Source: Azolla caroliniana
Lineage: Eukaryota; Plantae; Polypodiophyta
Assembly (NCBI GenBank): GCA_043228905.1
Contig: JBHGNT010000006.1
Span: forward strand, 9,734,001-9,798,000
Reading direction: 5' to 3'
DNA length: 64,000 nucleotides
Numbering within the stretch: position 1 is the first letter of the stretch; each line of letters opens with the position of its first letter. The notes beneath the pieces were generated by a model that ran no database searches, was not told the origin of the DNA, and saw nothing but the letters and a program-made list of their open reading frames with translations. The position numbers were made by a program, and so were the translations under genes. Positions 63,675-64,000 of the stretch are shown piece after piece.

Positions 63675-64000
63675 TGTAGTTGATACAAAGGTGCCCATTT
63701 GGGTTGGGTTAGCTAAAAAGGGTGTGCTAAAAGGGTGGCACAAAGGAACACATGCACACCACATTTCCCCCTTGAGAAAAACAAGAGACTAAGGAGCAGG
63801 AATAGGAGCAGTGGCTTGTCGAAGGAGCAGGTGCATCTGTTGGAGATAGAGCTCCCAAGTGGCATTATCATGGTGGCATGTTTTGAATGGACATCAATGG
63901 ACGATTCTTGTGGGAGGTGAGGATCACGCCCATAAAGTGCTTGAAAAGGGCTAATTCGTGCGGCAACCTCATGCTTGAGGGTCTTGTTGAGGCGTTCGGT
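63675..64000 (-). mobile_element. 3' end of a small Gypsy-derived (TRIM-like) element: integrase remnant, PPT and 89-bp LTR (63675-63763)
   Basis: - strand TERLNKTLKHEVAARISPFQALYGRDP; AAGGGGGAAA directly before TG..CA. Confidence 0.55.

Overview
Eukaryotic land-plant nuclear DNA, probably a fern or other seed-free plant (inferred from unedited plastid fragments and the TE families present). Three host genes: the last 18 coding exons of a VPS13 (VPS13M-type) lipid-transfer gene (7-12339, +), a tRNA-Gly(GCC) (14446-14516) and a 4-exon GDSL esterase/lipase (26259-29088, +). The rest is a layered transposon landscape. A degenerate Copia is split by a 6.3-kb cut-and-paste element with an exact 8-bp TSD, CCC(A/G)GGG TIRs and a P-element-like transposase remnant (15766-22083), which itself holds a MULE-like insert. 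An L1-type LINE carries a Tnt1/Tork-like Copia. hAT remnants carry a 16.7-kb Copia, which in turn holds a gag-less, tRNA-Trp-primed Gypsy with atypical RT motifs and a very young Tork-like Copia with a shuffled 28-bp U3 repeat array. There is also a solo LTR and a probable TRIM-like end. A VPS13 intron holds a mosaic plastid insertion (ndhF/psaB/rpoC2). The top candidate for novelty is the P-like DNA transposon, a superfamily generally regarded as absent from land plants. All calls were made by eye; no database searches were run.
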